From Felis catus (taxonomy: Eukaryota), in NCBI RefSeq assembly GCF_018350175.1, contig NC_058368.1, positions 128,838,001 through 128,902,000 of the forward strand: a stretch of DNA of 64,000 nt. The letters are read 5' to 3'. Within the stretch, counting starts at the first letter, position 1, and every line of letters begins with the position of its first letter. Shown here piece after piece: positions 13,783 to 27,934 of this stretch. Both the position numbers and the translations under genes were made by a program. A model generated the notes under the pieces. The model was not told the DNA's origin. It saw only the letters and a list, made by a program, of their open reading frames with translations, and made no database searches.

Positions 13783-14468
13783 ATGAAGACTCTGCCCTCC
13801 GAGTTCTTAAAATTAAGGGAACATGGAACTCCCAAAGACTGATGATGATATCTATCCTAAGAAGAGTTGTCCAAGAAGAGATCCCTCAACTTTTTCCCCT
13901 GGAGTAAAGAGCCAGCCACCCCATTGGTTCTATAACGTCTGGTTCTCAGACGTTAACAGGTCCTGTAATCGTCAGTGAGGATCAACATAGATGAGTAATG
14001 GTTGATGTTCTCATGTTTTTTGTTTTTGGTTTTGGGTTTTTTTCTGCTTGTATTTACCATGAGAGGGAAACTTCATTAAAATGGAGTCAGGAGGCCAGAA
14101 GGGGGAGCTCTTTTGCCCTACCACTCCTCATCAAATGGCCCAGTGAATACATACTACTTTACTCCCAGCAGAAGGAAGGTTTTCTCTTTGCCCAGCAACA
14201 GCCCAGCCAATGAAAGACTACCACAACTCAGCCAGTGAAAAGCTACTATGCCTCAAACTCCTAGTTTATTCCAATGGACTTTTTATTTATAAGAGCCTCT
14301 CCAAACACTCCCCTTTCATCTGTAAGAGTTCTCGAGTTGCCTCCTTTGTTCTCTAGTCGCCTATGCTTTTGACATAGCTTTCATGACCCAAATTCCAATT
14401 CTCTGCTCTTCCCAGATAAACCCAGTTTTGCTGGCAAAATAAGTGAGTTTTATTTTTAAGGTTAATAT
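13783..14468 (+). mobile_element. ERV1-class solo LTR (MER34/carnivore LTR-like)
   Basis: cagccaatgaaa repeats; 3' end ataaacccagttttgctggcaaaataa...ttttaaggttaa. Confidence 0.7.
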
Positions 14469-14644
14469 AACTTAAGGTGTTCTGTTTTGGTTTGGTTTTT
14501 TTTGTTTGTTTTACAATGACAAGTGGAAATAATTTACATATATGAACACATTGTAAGATATTGTGTGTCCTTCTATCTCTTATCTTCTCGTGTCTGTGTC
14601 TCTGGTTGTTTCTTTTTGGGTGTGTAGTTCAATAACTCCTACAT

Positions 14645-15020
14645 TTAGTTAGCATAGGCTAAATTACACTGCAGTAACACACACGTATAAATTTGTAGTG
14701 TCTGAAAATAGCAGGTATTTATTTTTCACTCTCTAGATGAAATCACTGGTCAGTGGGCTAGGCTCTGCTCCTTATAACGTCACTTTAGGACCCAGGCTAT
14801 CAAGGGCATTGCTGTGCCCTGGAGCAATGGGCAAAGAGAGCTCTGGGGAATCCTGCATTGGTCAAGTGCCCTGGTCCTGAAGTGATACACACTGACCAAC
14901 ATTATACTCCTAGTCCATCCAACAAGGACTGTACCAGAAAGGTCAGACAGTATAGAGCTGTCATGGGTCTGGAGTGAGGGAGAGCTGGAAACCCTTGGTG
15001 AACACCATGAATGACTATCA
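14645..15020 (-). mobile_element. MLT1J-like LTR
   Basis: ttagttagcataggctaaattacactgcagtaaca terminus. Confidence 0.6.
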
Positions 15021-15167
15021 CATGCCCTGAACTAAACAATAGAGTTGCCTTTTCCAGCTTATGAAGGAGCTCATTAGCTTTTTTTCCCACATTACCTAAT
15101 AAATCCTAACCACATCTCAAAATCTCAGATTAAGGATATTGTCATCAAACTTTAAGGTATAAGAGTG

Positions 15168-15828
15168 GACTTATTAGTTTTCTATTGCTGCATGAAAAAT
15201 TACCACAAAGTTAGTGGCTGAAAACAATCTATTATATAGTAGTTTCCATGGATCAAAAGTCTGAGTTTGGTTTAACTGGGTGTTATGCTCAGGGTCTCAT
15301 CAAGCTGAAATCAAGGTGTTGGCAGGGGCTCAATCCCATTTGAGGGTTGGATTCCTCTTACAATCTCACTGGTTGTTGGTGGACTTCACTTCCTTGAGGT
15401 TGTTGGAATAAAGTCCCTAGTTTCCCACTGGCTGTTGGTCAGGGACCACTCTCAGTTCCTAGCAGTCATACTCAGGTTCTTTGCCACACAACATCTTCTA
15501 TAAGTAGTTCACAACATGGCTCTTTGCTTCTCCAGGGTCAGCAGGAGAAATCTCTCTGATTTCAAATCGCTCTGATCTCTTTTAAGGACTCTGCTGATTA
15601 GGTCAGGCCCACCTAGGATAATCTCTTTTTGATTAACTCAAAGTCAACTAATTAGGGCTCTCAATTACATTTACAAATCCTTCTGCCACATGACATAACA
15701 AATTATTGGAGTGATATCTTATTATATTTACATGTTTCTCTCACACGTAAGTGGGGAGGGGATTAGACAGAGGACATATACACCAGGGGACAGGAATCTT
15801 GGGGGCCATCTTGGAATTCTTCCAACAT
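15168..15828 (-). mobile_element. MLT1 (E/F-like) LTR
   Basis: ttattagttttctattgctgc...aattaccacaaagttagtggctgaaaacaa; ends cttgggggccatcttggaattct. Confidence 0.8.
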
Positions 15829-17401
15829 AGAGACATAGAGGGGCCATATCTGTGCAATAAGAAGCCAGTCCTGAAAACTGGTAGTGTTTGGTACCATCTT
15901 AATAGCTGGTTTTACAGAACATTTTGTTGGTTTGTTCAGTGAATTAATAAAGGGGAGAGAGGGAGGGAGGAAGGAAACTGATATGAAATGACATCAAGTT
16001 GAGAGGGCCATGAGGCAGTGAAGGAGCCACATATGAATCAGGTCAGACTCCCAAATGCTAAACTTCTAGTTTATTCCCAAGTGTCAAACTGTCTCTCTAA
16101 TATAGGTAAGTGTGGCATTCTTAGATGACCCTTGATGTATCTTATTTCTTCTACTTTGTGATACAGCATTTTTTAAGGTTTACTTTTAAGAAACTTACTA
16201 CATTATTCTTTTCTAGAGGGAAGCACATTGGTTACTCAGCTTCCTGCTCAACTGCCTAAGATGGCTCATTATTCTATAATATGTGCAGTATTGCCCAGAA
16301 GTAATTTTCCTTTTATTTTTGCCCACAAGGTGGAAAATTAAGGTTGAAATACAACTTTATTTTTGCTTTTCCCAGAAGAGGTGACAGTGTAGTTTTTCCT
16401 GCTTGTTTTTTGACAAGCAGTGAAATATTATTTTGGCTATAACTGTTGACTCCTTCATTCTATTTTGGCAAAAGTTTTATGTAGAGTGTCTCCTGCCTTT
16501 GTTTATGCCCTAGAGGCCCATCCTAAGGGTCTTGCAGGATGGAGGGGGAATCCCCTTTCAGAGCTTTGTGACCTGGTTTTTCTGCCTGTTGCCGTTCTCT
16601 TCCTTTTCTCATCAGAGAGGCTTGTTCCATATCTCTCCATAACATTTCTGCCTAGGAAATACCACTTTTTTTGTACTGAAGAAATGGAGCTCTAACAAAG
16701 ACTTGAACAGTGTTGGATTTGGTTTCTCTTTGGTCCTGAGTACTCACATACTAGTATAAACATTGACCAAGGGAGACTCTACCTATTAGATTTTCTTTTT
16801 AATCTTGATTTCCTTCTTTTCCATCTCCTGTTGGTCCTTTTTAAAATAAACTCCAATGTGATAAAGTATTTAAAGAAACTTAATAATGAAGAACTACTAA
16901 GATTATCTTTTAGGTCCACTTTTATATAGATCTTTTCCTCTAATTACATTTAACATCATTTTGTGACCAATACCTAAAGTGAACTGATTTGATGGGAAAG
17001 TATGTTGTTGGGGTTTTTTTTTTTCCAGCTAAAGAATGTTTAAAGAGTCTATGAGGTCCTCAAGTTTCTATTCAGTATTCATTCAGTGCAAATTCTTGAG
17101 TGGGTACTACAAGTGTAGTGAGACAGAAGAAAGACCTGGCCTCTGCCCTCAAGGAACCTTAGTTTAGAATCAGACAAACTTGAGTTTGAATTCTTCTTCT
17201 CCCACCCCCTGAGTTAAACCTTAGGCATCTTATGTACTTCTCTAAGTCTCTATCTCGTGTCTATAAAACGGGTATAATAAGCCCTACCTCCTTAGATCAT
17301 GAATATTCAAAGACTCAAGTCACATAAAAAATATATTACATCATGCCCAAACTGGGAACCCGAGGAATGGTCGAATCATTTAATATAAAAAAAATTCATT
17401 A

Positions 17402-17607
17402 GGGGCACCTGGGTGACTCAGTCAGTTAAGCGTCCACCTTTGGCTCAGGTCATGATCTCTCAGTTGGTGAGTTTGAGCTCCACATCAGGCTCCATGCTGA
17501 CAGCTCAGAGCCTGGAGCCTGCTTCAGTTTCTGTGTCTCCCTCTCTCTCTGCCCCTACCCTCCCCCCTCACACTCTGGCTCTCTCTCAAAAATAAACATT
17601 AAAAAAA
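17402..17607 (+). mobile_element. Can-SINE (feline type)
   Basis: ggggcacctgggtgactcagtcagttaagcgtcc...gagcctggagcctgcttc. Confidence 0.95.
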
Positions 17608-17639
17608 CTTCTTTCAGTAAAATAAAATATAAAACAAAA

Positions 17640-19225
17640 AATACATAAATATAATCCATTAATTGATTATTAGAAGAAAACCATATGATCATCTCGGCAG
17701 ATGCAGAAAAGGCATTTGAAAAGCTTCAACATTTAATCGTGATAAAAACTCCTAGCCAACTCTTAGGAAATTCCTTTACTTGATAAAGGTACCTACCAAA
17801 AACCTAAAGTAAACATATTTATTAATGATGAAATGTTAGAAGCATTCCATGTAAAATCAGTCAAAAGATCATAGTTGTCACCTATTACCACTTCTATATT
17901 CCTTATTATACCGAGTTTACTAGTCAACACAGTGAGATATAAAAAAGGAAGAAAAGACATAAGGATTGAAAAGCAGCAAACATGACATAATATTTATGAA
18001 GGGTATGAGCACTTTGGAGAGAACCCAAAGCAACCTACATACATAGTAAGAGTTTTTCATGCTGGTTTGATAATATGATTTATATATTAAAACCAATTTT
18101 ATTTGTATACTCTAGCAACAAACAGTTGGAAAACATATTTTAAAAGATTTTCTTTTATAAAGAACCTAGAAGTTAACCTAACAAGGGTTTGCCAGGTTGG
18201 TATGGAAAAAAATTATAAAACTTGCATGCCTAACCAGAATCCTGGTTATATCCAAACACTCCATCTACCCTATACCTGCACCTGTGCCACTGAGTGTGAC
18301 TGGAGTAAAATGACACAAACATGCCAGCTGGTTTCTCTTTAAATTTAGGATTGCTAATCTTAACTGGGCCCTACTGCTTCCCTGAAATTATGCTGGTTTT
18401 TTTTTTTTTTGGTCCAATTCTGTTCCCTTTCTCCTATCTCAATGTCTTCAAAATGGGTACATGAACATAGAATTACCATGTAATCCAGCAATTCCCCTCC
18501 TAGGGGAATTAAAAAATTAAAAGAATTAAAAGCAGGTACTCAAACAAGTATTTGTACCTCAATGTTCAGAACACCATTATTCACATTTGCTGAAAGTGGA
18601 AACAACCTAAATGTCCATTGCTAGATGAATATGGTATTTATGTATGAAGGAATATTATTTTGCTTTAAAACAGAGTGAAATTCTAACACATGCTACAACA
18701 TGGCTAAACTCTGATAACATTTTGCTAAGTGACATAAGCCAGTGTTTACAAAAGGATAAGTATTATATCATTCCACTTATATGAGGTAGCTAGAATAGTC
18801 ACATTTGTAGAGACCAAAAGTAAAATAGTGGCTGGCAGGAGGGAGGAAAGTGGAGTTAACAAATACAGAATTAGAGTTTGAGAAGGTAAACAAGTTCTGA
18901 CAATGAATAGTAGAGATGATTGTACAACAATGTAAATGTATTTAATGCTGCTGATTGTACACTTAAAAATGGTTACAAAGGGGTTGTTGAGCGTCCAACT
19001 CTTGATTTCATCTCAGGTCATGGTCTCATAGTCATGAGATTGAGCCCCCCGTTGGGCTTTGTACTGGGTTTGGAACCTGCTTGGGATTCTCTTTCTCTCC
19101 CTCTCGCTCTCTGTCCCTCTCCTCCACTCACGTGGTTGTTCTCTCTCTCTCTCTCAAAATAAATATTTAAAAAAATGATTAAAATGGTAAATTTTACGTT
19201 GCATATATTTTACCACAATTTTTAA
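17640..19225 (+). mobile_element. Old L1 ORF2 and 3' fragments with an inserted 5'-truncated SINE (about 18985-19176)
   Basis: aaaccatatgatcatctcggcagatgcagaaaaggcatttga (ORF2); tgtacacttaaaaatgg...aaaatggtaaattttacg (3' end). Confidence 0.85.
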
Positions 19226-19639
19226 AACAAACATCTGAAGACTTCCTATGAGATCCTTGGCCAAGGGCGTAATTTTGTAGATATACTCTCCCCAAACTAA
19301 CGTGCCTAAGAATATCTGAGATTCAGGAGTCCCCTTTCACATTGCTCTTCTCTTCTGTATGGAAAAAAAAATGTTTTTAATCATGCATCTCATATTATGA
19401 ATCTTATTATGGTGCATAACCCTGGTGTGTAAGAAACTGGATAAAGAGATAATTTGAAACATTGTTGTATATGCTGAGGAAATGAGTGACTCACTGTTGG
19501 GAAATACTTATTACTACAGCTCAGTTATATTCCAGCTCTTTGCTTTTAATTAAATTGAACAAGAACTAATTGAGTTGTCAGCAAATACATCATTGAAAAT
19601 AATCTTTAATGATAGACATAAAATATTTATACAAATAAT

Positions 19640-20710
19640 AATTTATTGCAGTATAATTAATAAATCATGTTGTATTATTTTCAGGTGTGCAATATATTGA
19701 TTCAACAATTCTATGCATTACCCAGTCCTCACCACAATAAGGGTAGTTACCATATATTATTACATGATTATTGACTATATTCCCTATGCTGTACTTTTCA
19801 TCTCCATGATTTATTTATTTTATAACTTGAAACGTGTACCTCTTAATCCCCTTTATCTATTTTGCCCATCTTCCCCACCCAACTTCCCCCTGGCAACCAC
19901 CAGTTTGTTCTCTTTTGTTTGTTTCTTTGTTTGTCTGTTATTGTTATTTTAGACTTCCACATATAAAATCAAATGGTATTTGTCTTCCCCTATCTGACTT
20001 ATTTCACTTACCATAATACCCATTAGGTCCATCCATGTTGTTGTAAATGATAAGATCTCATTCTTTTTGATGTGTGACTAATATTCTATTGTGCATATCT
20101 ATCGATGGACACTTAGGTTGTTTCCATATTTTGGCTGTTGTACATAATGCTACAGTAAGCATAGAGATATATGTCTCTTCGTGCATTTTAGTGTTTTTGT
20201 TTTCTTCAGATAAAGACCCAGAAGTGGAATTACTGGATTGTATGGTACTTCTATTTTTAATTGTTTGAGGAACCTCCATAATGTTTTCCACAGTGGCTAC
20301 ACCATTTTGCATTCCCACCAACAGTGCACAAGAGCTCCCTTTTCTCTACAGTCTCATCGACGCTTGTTATTTCTTGTCTTTTTGATTCTGGCCATTCTGA
20401 CTCATGTGAGGTGGTATCTCATTGTGCTTTTGATTTGCATTTCCCTGATGATGAATGATATTAGGTATCTTTGCATGTGGCTGTTGGCCATCTGTATGTC
20501 TTCTTTGGAAAAATGTCTATTCAGGTCCTTTGCCCATTTTTTAATTGGATTGTAGATCTTTATATATTTTGGACATTAACTCCCTATTGGATAAGTCATT
20601 TGAAATATCTTACCCCATTCAGTAGGTTGTGTTTTTGTTTTGTTGATGGTTTCCTTCACTGTGCAAAAGCTTTTTATTTTGGTCTAATTACAATAGTTTA
20701 TTCTTTCACT
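19640..20710 (-). mobile_element. Carnivore L1 3' fragment
   Basis: Antisense ORF2 end; ORF 20058-20321 contains the L1-like TTAKIWKQPKCPSID. Confidence 0.9.
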
Positions 20711-20981
20711 TAGGAATATACACATAAGGTTCACATAACAAGTCTTTGCTTTTACTTAAACTGAACTGAAAAATAATTTTTGATAATAGATATAAAATAT
20801 TTATAAAAATAATTTTGATAATTTTTGTGATTTTGATAAATAATTCAGGAGTTTCAAAAATTTCATACCTTTGCTTTAACACAACTTCTCTATAAGTGAA
20901 TTTATATCTTATGCAATGATAAATTTTTTGGCGAAAAATTTTGGCGAATTTTTAGATGCCTCTTTAAAATGTATGAGGAGA

Positions 20982-21236
20982 GGGCATGCCTGGGTGGCTC
21001 GAGTCGTTAAGCATCTGACTTCAACTCTGGTCATGATCTCACAGTTAGTGAGCTTGAGTCCTGCTTTGAGTGAGCTCGAGCCCCTGCTTCAGATGAGGCC
21101 CACTTCTCTCTCTGTCTCTCTCTCTCTCCCCCCCCACCCCCCGTCTCTCTGCCCCTCCTAGGATTCTCTCTCTTTCTGCCCCTCACTCACTTGCGCCCTC
21201 TCTCTTTTTCTCCCTCTCCAAAAAAAAAAAAAAAAA
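20982..21236 (+). mobile_element. Can-SINE of a variant subfamily with a different body
   Basis: SINE head, gagtgagctcgagcccctgcttc body, poly-A; imperfect TSD ending tgaggaga. Confidence 0.85.
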
Positions 21237-21359
21237 GTTTGAGGAGATATCATTTTTTAAAATTATTTTAGGAGGTGTGCAAGGAAAAAATTTGATGATT
21301 ACTTTGTTGCCTACCTGATATGTTTTCCGTGCTTCACAAAATACCAGGTTTTGCCAGAC

Positions 21360-23420
21360 TCTATCAGCTGATGACCCTTTCTATTACACTGAGAAAATTG
21401 AAGCAGTCAAAAGAGAACCTCCACAAACCACCCACTCCACGTACACACCTGCTCGCATCTGCACCCACACTATATCCCTCCTCTTCCTATAGATGAATTT
21501 CCTGAGCTATTAACTAAACCCAAGCCCTCTCTTTATGAACTGGGTCCCATCCCTTCTTGTCTTTTCCAGGGCGTTGCTCTAGCTGTTTGCCTCTCTGTTA
21601 CATCATCCACTGTTTCCCCTTAATATTGATTCATTCCAATTAGTAAGCATATACACTATTATTTTCTGTCACCTTCAAAACAAAACCAAAAACCTATCTT
21701 GATCCACATTCCCTCAACCCCTTTATATATAATTTTATAATTTATAGCAACATTCCTGGAGTTATCTACTCTCAATTTTTCTCTCTCTTAGACCTCCTTC
21801 ACTGAGGCCCCTTCCCATTTCCATTGCTCTTTGTCAGTGCCACCAGTTAGCTCTACTTTGCCACATCCCGTGGCCAGTTCTTGGCCCTCCTCTTACTAGA
21901 CCTATCAGCAGCACTAGACATATCAGACCTATCCTTGAAATGATTTCTTTACTTGACTTGCAAGGATTCCTAATTCCCTAGAGTTCCCTTCTGGTCACTC
22001 CTTCTCAGTCCCCTTTGCGGGTTCCTCCTCATCTATCCAGTTTCTTGGACCTCTTCTCTTTTCTGTCTATATGTATTCCCTAGTCATCTCCTTCAATCTT
22101 CTATCTTCAAATGCCATCTTATCGGCTTGCTCCAGGTATCTTCTCTTTCCCTCCAGATCTCTTCTCCATCTTTCTCCATCCTGGACTCTGCCTCACGTGG
22201 TTGACTTGTATATATTTTGTCAACAGGCCTCTGTGCCCTCTGGCTTCTAGATGGTTGTGACCAACAGCAAAACTGTGGCAGGATATTCATGGGACAGAGA
22301 TGACCGATGTTGGGATGTTTATTTCCACACCCCCTTTATGTGAGGACTCTTAAGCAAAGATGACTCCTCTCAAGGCCCTTCTTCACCCAACTTACTGTTC
22401 CTGTAACCCCTATCTCTCCTGTTCTTTTAGTATTTGGAACACTCAGGGTGTTCAGCTATTCCTTGTGTTTCCATACATGCTCACCTCTAACAGTCCTTTT
22501 GTAAATAAACTCTCCTTAAATATTCCTAATTTGAGTATGCCATTGTTTTCTATTGGGACCCTGACTGTTATGGTGCAGATGACTTCCAAATTTATACCTT
22601 TGTTTGGAGTCTTCCTTCTGAACTCCAGTCTTCTATGTCTAGCAGACTACAGTGCACCTCCTCTTGAGCCATCCACCAGAAGTCTCAAACTTATCCTGTC
22701 CAGTATTGAGCTCCTGGACAATCTCCCTCCAACCTCTTCTTCCCCCACTCTTCACCATCTTGGTAAATGGCAACGGCATCCTTCCTGTTGCTCTGACATA
22801 TCTCTCAGCTTAATCAATCCTTGCCTCCTCTCCTCCCTCACATCCGCTCTATCAGCAAATACTCTTGGTACTACCTTTCACTGACCATTGCTACTACTCT
22901 GATCCAAGCTACCATCACATTTCATCTGAATTATTGTAGGAGCCTCATGGATGGCCTCCCTACTTTCTCCCTGTTCATTGGTTCCAACAGAGCAGCCAAG
23001 GCAGTCTGGTTACACACAGTCAGATCACGTCTCTCCTCTGCTTATCAGCTCAGCCTCGCCCTGACCTACGTAAATGGATCTCTGTCAACTTTCTGACCTC
23101 ATTTATAACTCCTGCCTTGATTCTCTCCACTTCAGACATTGTGGACTCCTCAGAGTTCTTTGAACAGACCAGATAAACCAGCCTAAACTTGCTGTCCCTC
23201 TGCTTGAGATTCTCTTCCCCTACATAGGCACAGAGCTGCTTTCCTCACTTCCTTCTGAACTTTTATGTGTTTATTGCTTATTTACTTTACTTTTATTTAT
23301 TCTTTTACTTATTTATTTTGTTTACTGTCTTAAACAACCAGAATATACGTTTTGTGAGAGCAGGGATTTTTGCCCTTTGGAGTAGTTTCTGGCTGACAGC
23401 AGTTGCATTTTGAATAAAAT
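21360..23420 (+). mobile_element. L2 fragments split by an LTR16-like element
   Basis: Pyrimidine-rich L2 ORF2-like sequence (ctagacctatcagcagcactagaca); L2-like 3' end near 23340-23420. Confidence 0.7.
22125..22572 (+). mobile_element. LTR16-like ERVL LTR
   Basis: ctgtgccctctggcttc core; terminus taaactctccttaaat...tttgagtatgccat...gggaccctgactg. Confidence 0.7.
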
Positions 23421-24840
23421 GAAAACATTAAAAAAGACCTAAATAAATGGAGATGCACTGTTTTATTGGATAGGAAAACTCAATATTATAAAGATGTCAC
23501 TTCTCCTCAAATTGATGAATATAGTGCAATTCCAATAAAAATCCCAATGGGGTTTTTCAAAGAACTTGACAATTCTAAACATATATTGATGAGCACAGCC
23601 TAAGAATAGCTAAGCACTCTTGAAGAAGATTAAGGCGGGGAATCTGCTGTTCCAGGTATCAGCACTTTTTCATCAAGTTATGGTAATTCAGAGAAGGTGG
23701 TATTGATTCAGGACTAAACAAAATGACAGTAGAACAAAATAGAAAGCCCTAAAGCAGACCTATGCATATGGCAACTTAATATATGACAGAGGTAGCAATG
23801 CAATCATTGGAGGAAGGAAAGATAATTCTATAAACTGCCCTGGAACAGTTGGTTATCCATAAGGAAAAAAATGAAATTGGATCCCTACCTCACACCATAC
23901 ACAAAATTAATCCCAGATAAATTACACTTAAATGTGTAGGACTTTAACATCTTTAGCAGAAAATAGATCATATCTTTATGTCTTTGAGGTAGAGAACCTA
24001 CTAACAAAAAAAACAAAAAAGTGCTGGCCATGAAGAAAATATTGATAAGTCTGTGTACATAAAAATGAAGAACACTTGTATATTAAGAGACACTATAAAA
24101 TGAAAATATACATTACAGAATGGAAGAAGATATTTGAAACAAACATAATTGGCAAATTATTATTATTCAGAATATATAAAGAACTCCTAGAAATCAAATA
24201 TCCCAAAATGAAAATGATGAGATCTTGAACGATCTTTCACAGCAGAAACACAAATGACTGATATACTTTATCCCTTTCGTAAACAGAAAAACTCAAATTT
24301 GCATTAGAAATCACAGGATTTTTGTCTTAATTAAAAAGTGTCATAAAACGAAGGGTGAGTAGGGATATGGAGCAAATACAGTACATGCTACTGGTGGAAA
24401 TGTCACTTGGTACCCTCATGGGAAAAAGTTTGGTGTTAGCCTCTAAATGTGAACTTTTACTTGTGTACCAGGAGACTTGTATGGGAATGTTTATAACAGC
24501 ATTGTTTACAATAACAAAAATCAAACAACTCCCCTCAAAGAAACATGTTTTTTTTTTAAATGTTTATTTATTTTGGAGAGGCGGGGGAGGGATAGAAAGA
24601 GAGGGTGACAGAGGATCTGAAGTGGGCTCTGCACTGAGAGTGGAGAGCACAATTCAGGGCTCAAACTCACGAACCGTGAGATCATGACCTGAGCCAACAC
24701 TTAACTGACCAAGCCACTCAGATGCCCTGAAACACAGTTTTAAGAGGCTAGAAAAAAACCAAATATCCATTGACTGTATGAATAAATTATATATTCATGT
24801 GATAGATTTAGAACAGTGAAAATGAATGAACCACAAGTAC
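23420..24840 (+). mobile_element. Old L1M ORF2 fragment with inserted Can-SINE (about 24547-24728, - strand)
   Basis: aaagacctaaataaatggaga...ggatccctacctcacaccatacacaaaattaa. Confidence 0.85.
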
Positions 24841-25155
24841 ACACTGGCTTTCTTTTCTGTCCCACTGGCCTGTGTCGCTCTTATCCTGGCAGCTCATACA
24901 GCTCAGCTCCAGGACAGAATAGCTTGTCCTTCAGGTAACAACGTGGACTTTCAGTGCGAACCCTTTTTCCTTCTCAAACTCAGCTTCTGACTCATTTTGC
25001 TACTGGCTTCACACTCTATGGACCTCACTCCTAAACCAGGCTGTGTGTGTGTATGTGTGTGTGTGTGGTAAAGAGAGGATTTGTGAACAGTGTTAGGGTT
25101 CTGACAGGGAGAGGAAGGAGGGAATGGGCCCCAGGTAGGCAGCCACTGTCCACTA

Positions 25156-25636
25156 TAGATTTTCTTTGACTTACAATGGGGTTACATCCCAATAAACCCA
25201 CCATAAGTTGAAAATATCCTAAGTTGAAAATGCTTTGAATACACCTCAGTAACCAAACGTCATAACCTAACCTACCTTAAACATGCTCAGAACACTTACA
25301 TTAGACAATAGTTGGGCAAAATCATCTAACACAAAGCATATTTTATAAGAAAGTTGTTGCCTATTTCATGCAATGGACTAAATACTATGTTGAAAATAAA
25401 AAACAAAATGGCTGTCAGTGTATCGTTGGGCACCCTCGTGATCACATGGTTGATGGGACCCGCTGCTTCACTGCAGCTGCCCGGCATTAGATGAAAGGAT
25501 CATACTACATAATCCTGGCCCAGGAAAAGACCAAAATTAAAAATTCAAAGTACAGTTTCCACTGAGTGTGTATAGCTTTCAGACCATCGTAAAGTTGGAA
25601 AATCGTGTCCAACTGTCATAGGTTAGGGACTGTCTA
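25156..25636. mobile_element. MER47/Tigger5-type TcMar DNA transposon fossil
   Basis: gacttacaatggggttacatcccaataaaccc...catcgtaaagttggaaaatcgt...gggactgtct; flanked by TA. Confidence 0.85.
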
Positions 25637-26208
25637 TAGTGCCGGTTGACACTTCTTCCCTCTTGCCGTGCCTCCTTGAGGGGAGGGACTGTGTCCCTAT
25701 CATCCCTGCATTTTCCCATCATGGCACCCGGCACATCTCAAGCATTCAAGAAATAGTGAACAGAAGATTAGTCTAAGAAAGACCAAACTGAGCAGACCCA
25801 ACTGGAACAGAAATCACGTCAAGAGCCTCTTGCCAGAATCAACACACTCATTGGGAAAGCCGGTGGCTACAGATAAAGAAATAGGTGGATGACAAATTAA
25901 GAAATAGAGGCATTTAGGGCTTTCTTTGACTAGTGAAACAAACACTTACTAGTCAGGGGCACCAGCCCTCCAAGAGCAGCAAAGCATATAGGACACTTGC
26001 TTTTTGATGCAAGTGTCCTCAAATCTTTGGCAATAACTCCACAGTGAGGTGATGTTTTCCTGATCTTAAAAGGAGCACAGCAGAAGCTTTTGTCCTCCAG
26101 TTGCCAGGGCGGGGAACATGGCTTACCATTCAACTGGAACAGTATTTTTGGCAGCAGTGCCTTTCAGTAGCTTTTCTCAGCCATCCCCTGCACAAGCCAG
26201 CCACTTAC

Positions 26209-26330
26209 TGGACGGGCTGAGCTGGCACCTCAATGCTTGGGCACCAGGCCTCCTGGGCCTGGTTTTCCCAATTAGCCTGGTGTTAATGTTTGGTATCTCT
26301 CTGGTGATGACTAATTTACCACCCTTGTGT
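26209..26330 (-). other. Exon-like segment (122 nt)
   Basis: Acceptor ttctctgtacctcctcAG, donor CCA|GTAAGT; one open frame. Confidence 0.2.
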
Positions 26331-27934
26331 CTGAGGAGGTACAGAGAACTCAGAGAAACCCAAAATTTTCCTGATTTCTTATCAAAAAAGGCAAGATCTG
26401 GCCAGGGTATTCCAGCGTTCAGAACAACAATCATCTCTCATTCCTGCCTCCATACGGGGGGCACCTCATGCAGCCGTGTACTTTGTGCTTTGCACAAAGG
26501 CTTTGCTGAGGCATGAAGGGAGCTACATCTAGATGACATTTGGCTTGCTAAACCTGGGGGTAGGGTTTGCATTCTGTGTTTGTTTGGAGGAAGAAGCCCT
26601 TCTTCTTATTAGGGGGACCTACTGCTTACCAAGCCTGGGCTTTGCCTTCCCAGTGGGACACCTTCACCCAATGGGCACAGTGGTAGGTACTGCTTTCCCA
26701 CCTTGTCCCTAGAATGCACCCAAAAGCTTTGGGCTGATTTGTGATTACTTCCTGCCCCAGCTCTTACTGGGAGCAAGACCATCTGCAGAAGGGCCATGAC
26801 CATGGCCTGTGTTCTCAGCCCTGCTCCTGGAGTTTTGAATCTTCCTGATCACTGCCTATCTGTGAGCATCCTCTGCCCAGCCTGCTGGCTGCCTGTTCTC
26901 TGGCTCCTTGCCTGGCTGATTCCTGGCTCACAGCTTAGCCCTGAACTTCCATTTGTGCCCAGGCCCCTGCCTGGTTGCTGACGCCATCCCTGGATGCTGC
27001 TGGTCCTGGCTTTCAGTGCTGACTCTGGGCTTCAAAATTTAAAGGCTTAGCACTGAAAGTAGCCTCAGATCCAGACAAGAAAGGATTGTTTTCCACGGAG
27101 TAAAATATTTCTGTCCAACCCTAGAAGACATCTTTGACCAGCCAGACTTGACCCACTGGTGCACTCCACACATACCCCTGTTTACAGTTGGCCTTTTAGA
27201 CCCTTCTGTTCCAAGCACACCTCCTACCCCATTCTTCTAGTCCGTGACCACAGAGTTCATTCCACTGTTATCTCTTATCATGTGTATCTCTCTAGATTAC
27301 AGAAGATCATTCTCAGTATTGTTTTCAGCAATGTGCTCAAACTCCCACTGACATCCTTCACAACTTGACCCATCTCCCAAGATTCCCCCAACCTGTGCCT
27401 CCCGTCACCCCATCACACCACATACAAACACACACGCATACATGCACACATGTGTACACATACACCCACACCCACAGAGCCGGCTTTGGGGTTAGGGTCT
27501 AGAGACTATTTGGCTGCTGAAGCCATATGCAGGATGAGTCAGAAACCAACAAAGAAAGTCCACATTGTTCCTGGAAGGATGGGCTGTCCCACCCTGGAGC
27601 TGAGCTGTGTGGCTTGCTGGGAGAGGAATGACACAGGCATATAGGACCGGAAAGAAAGTCAGGAGTGGGGAAGAATAAAAGGTTAGGGGAAGTGATCTTG
27701 TCAAAATCCTGGGAGAAAAGGATTTGAAAATCCTGGCTCCCATGAAATGTGAACCCCTCCAGGGCTGAGGTCCCTTCTTGATGTTCCTTTTCTACTCTCC
27801 ACAGCACCTAACACGATTCTGGGCACACATCACACAGTCAATGTTTGTTAACTGATTGATGGACAGATTGATTATAGGCACACATTCCATCACATCTTAT
27901 ATATTGATATTTTTCAGAGAGGGCTATGAGGATC

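Noticed and set aside
20058..20713. Cluster of overlapping ORFs
   Set aside because: Sense and antisense readings of a decayed L1
22360..22884. 174-aa ORF
   Set aside because: Spans LTR16-like and L2 fossils; open because the sequence is pyrimidine-rich
27010..27059. 11-bp hairpin CTTTCAGTGCT/AGCACTGAAAG as a pre-miRNA
   Set aside because: Stem too short; a stem of this size is not unexpected by chance in 64 kb
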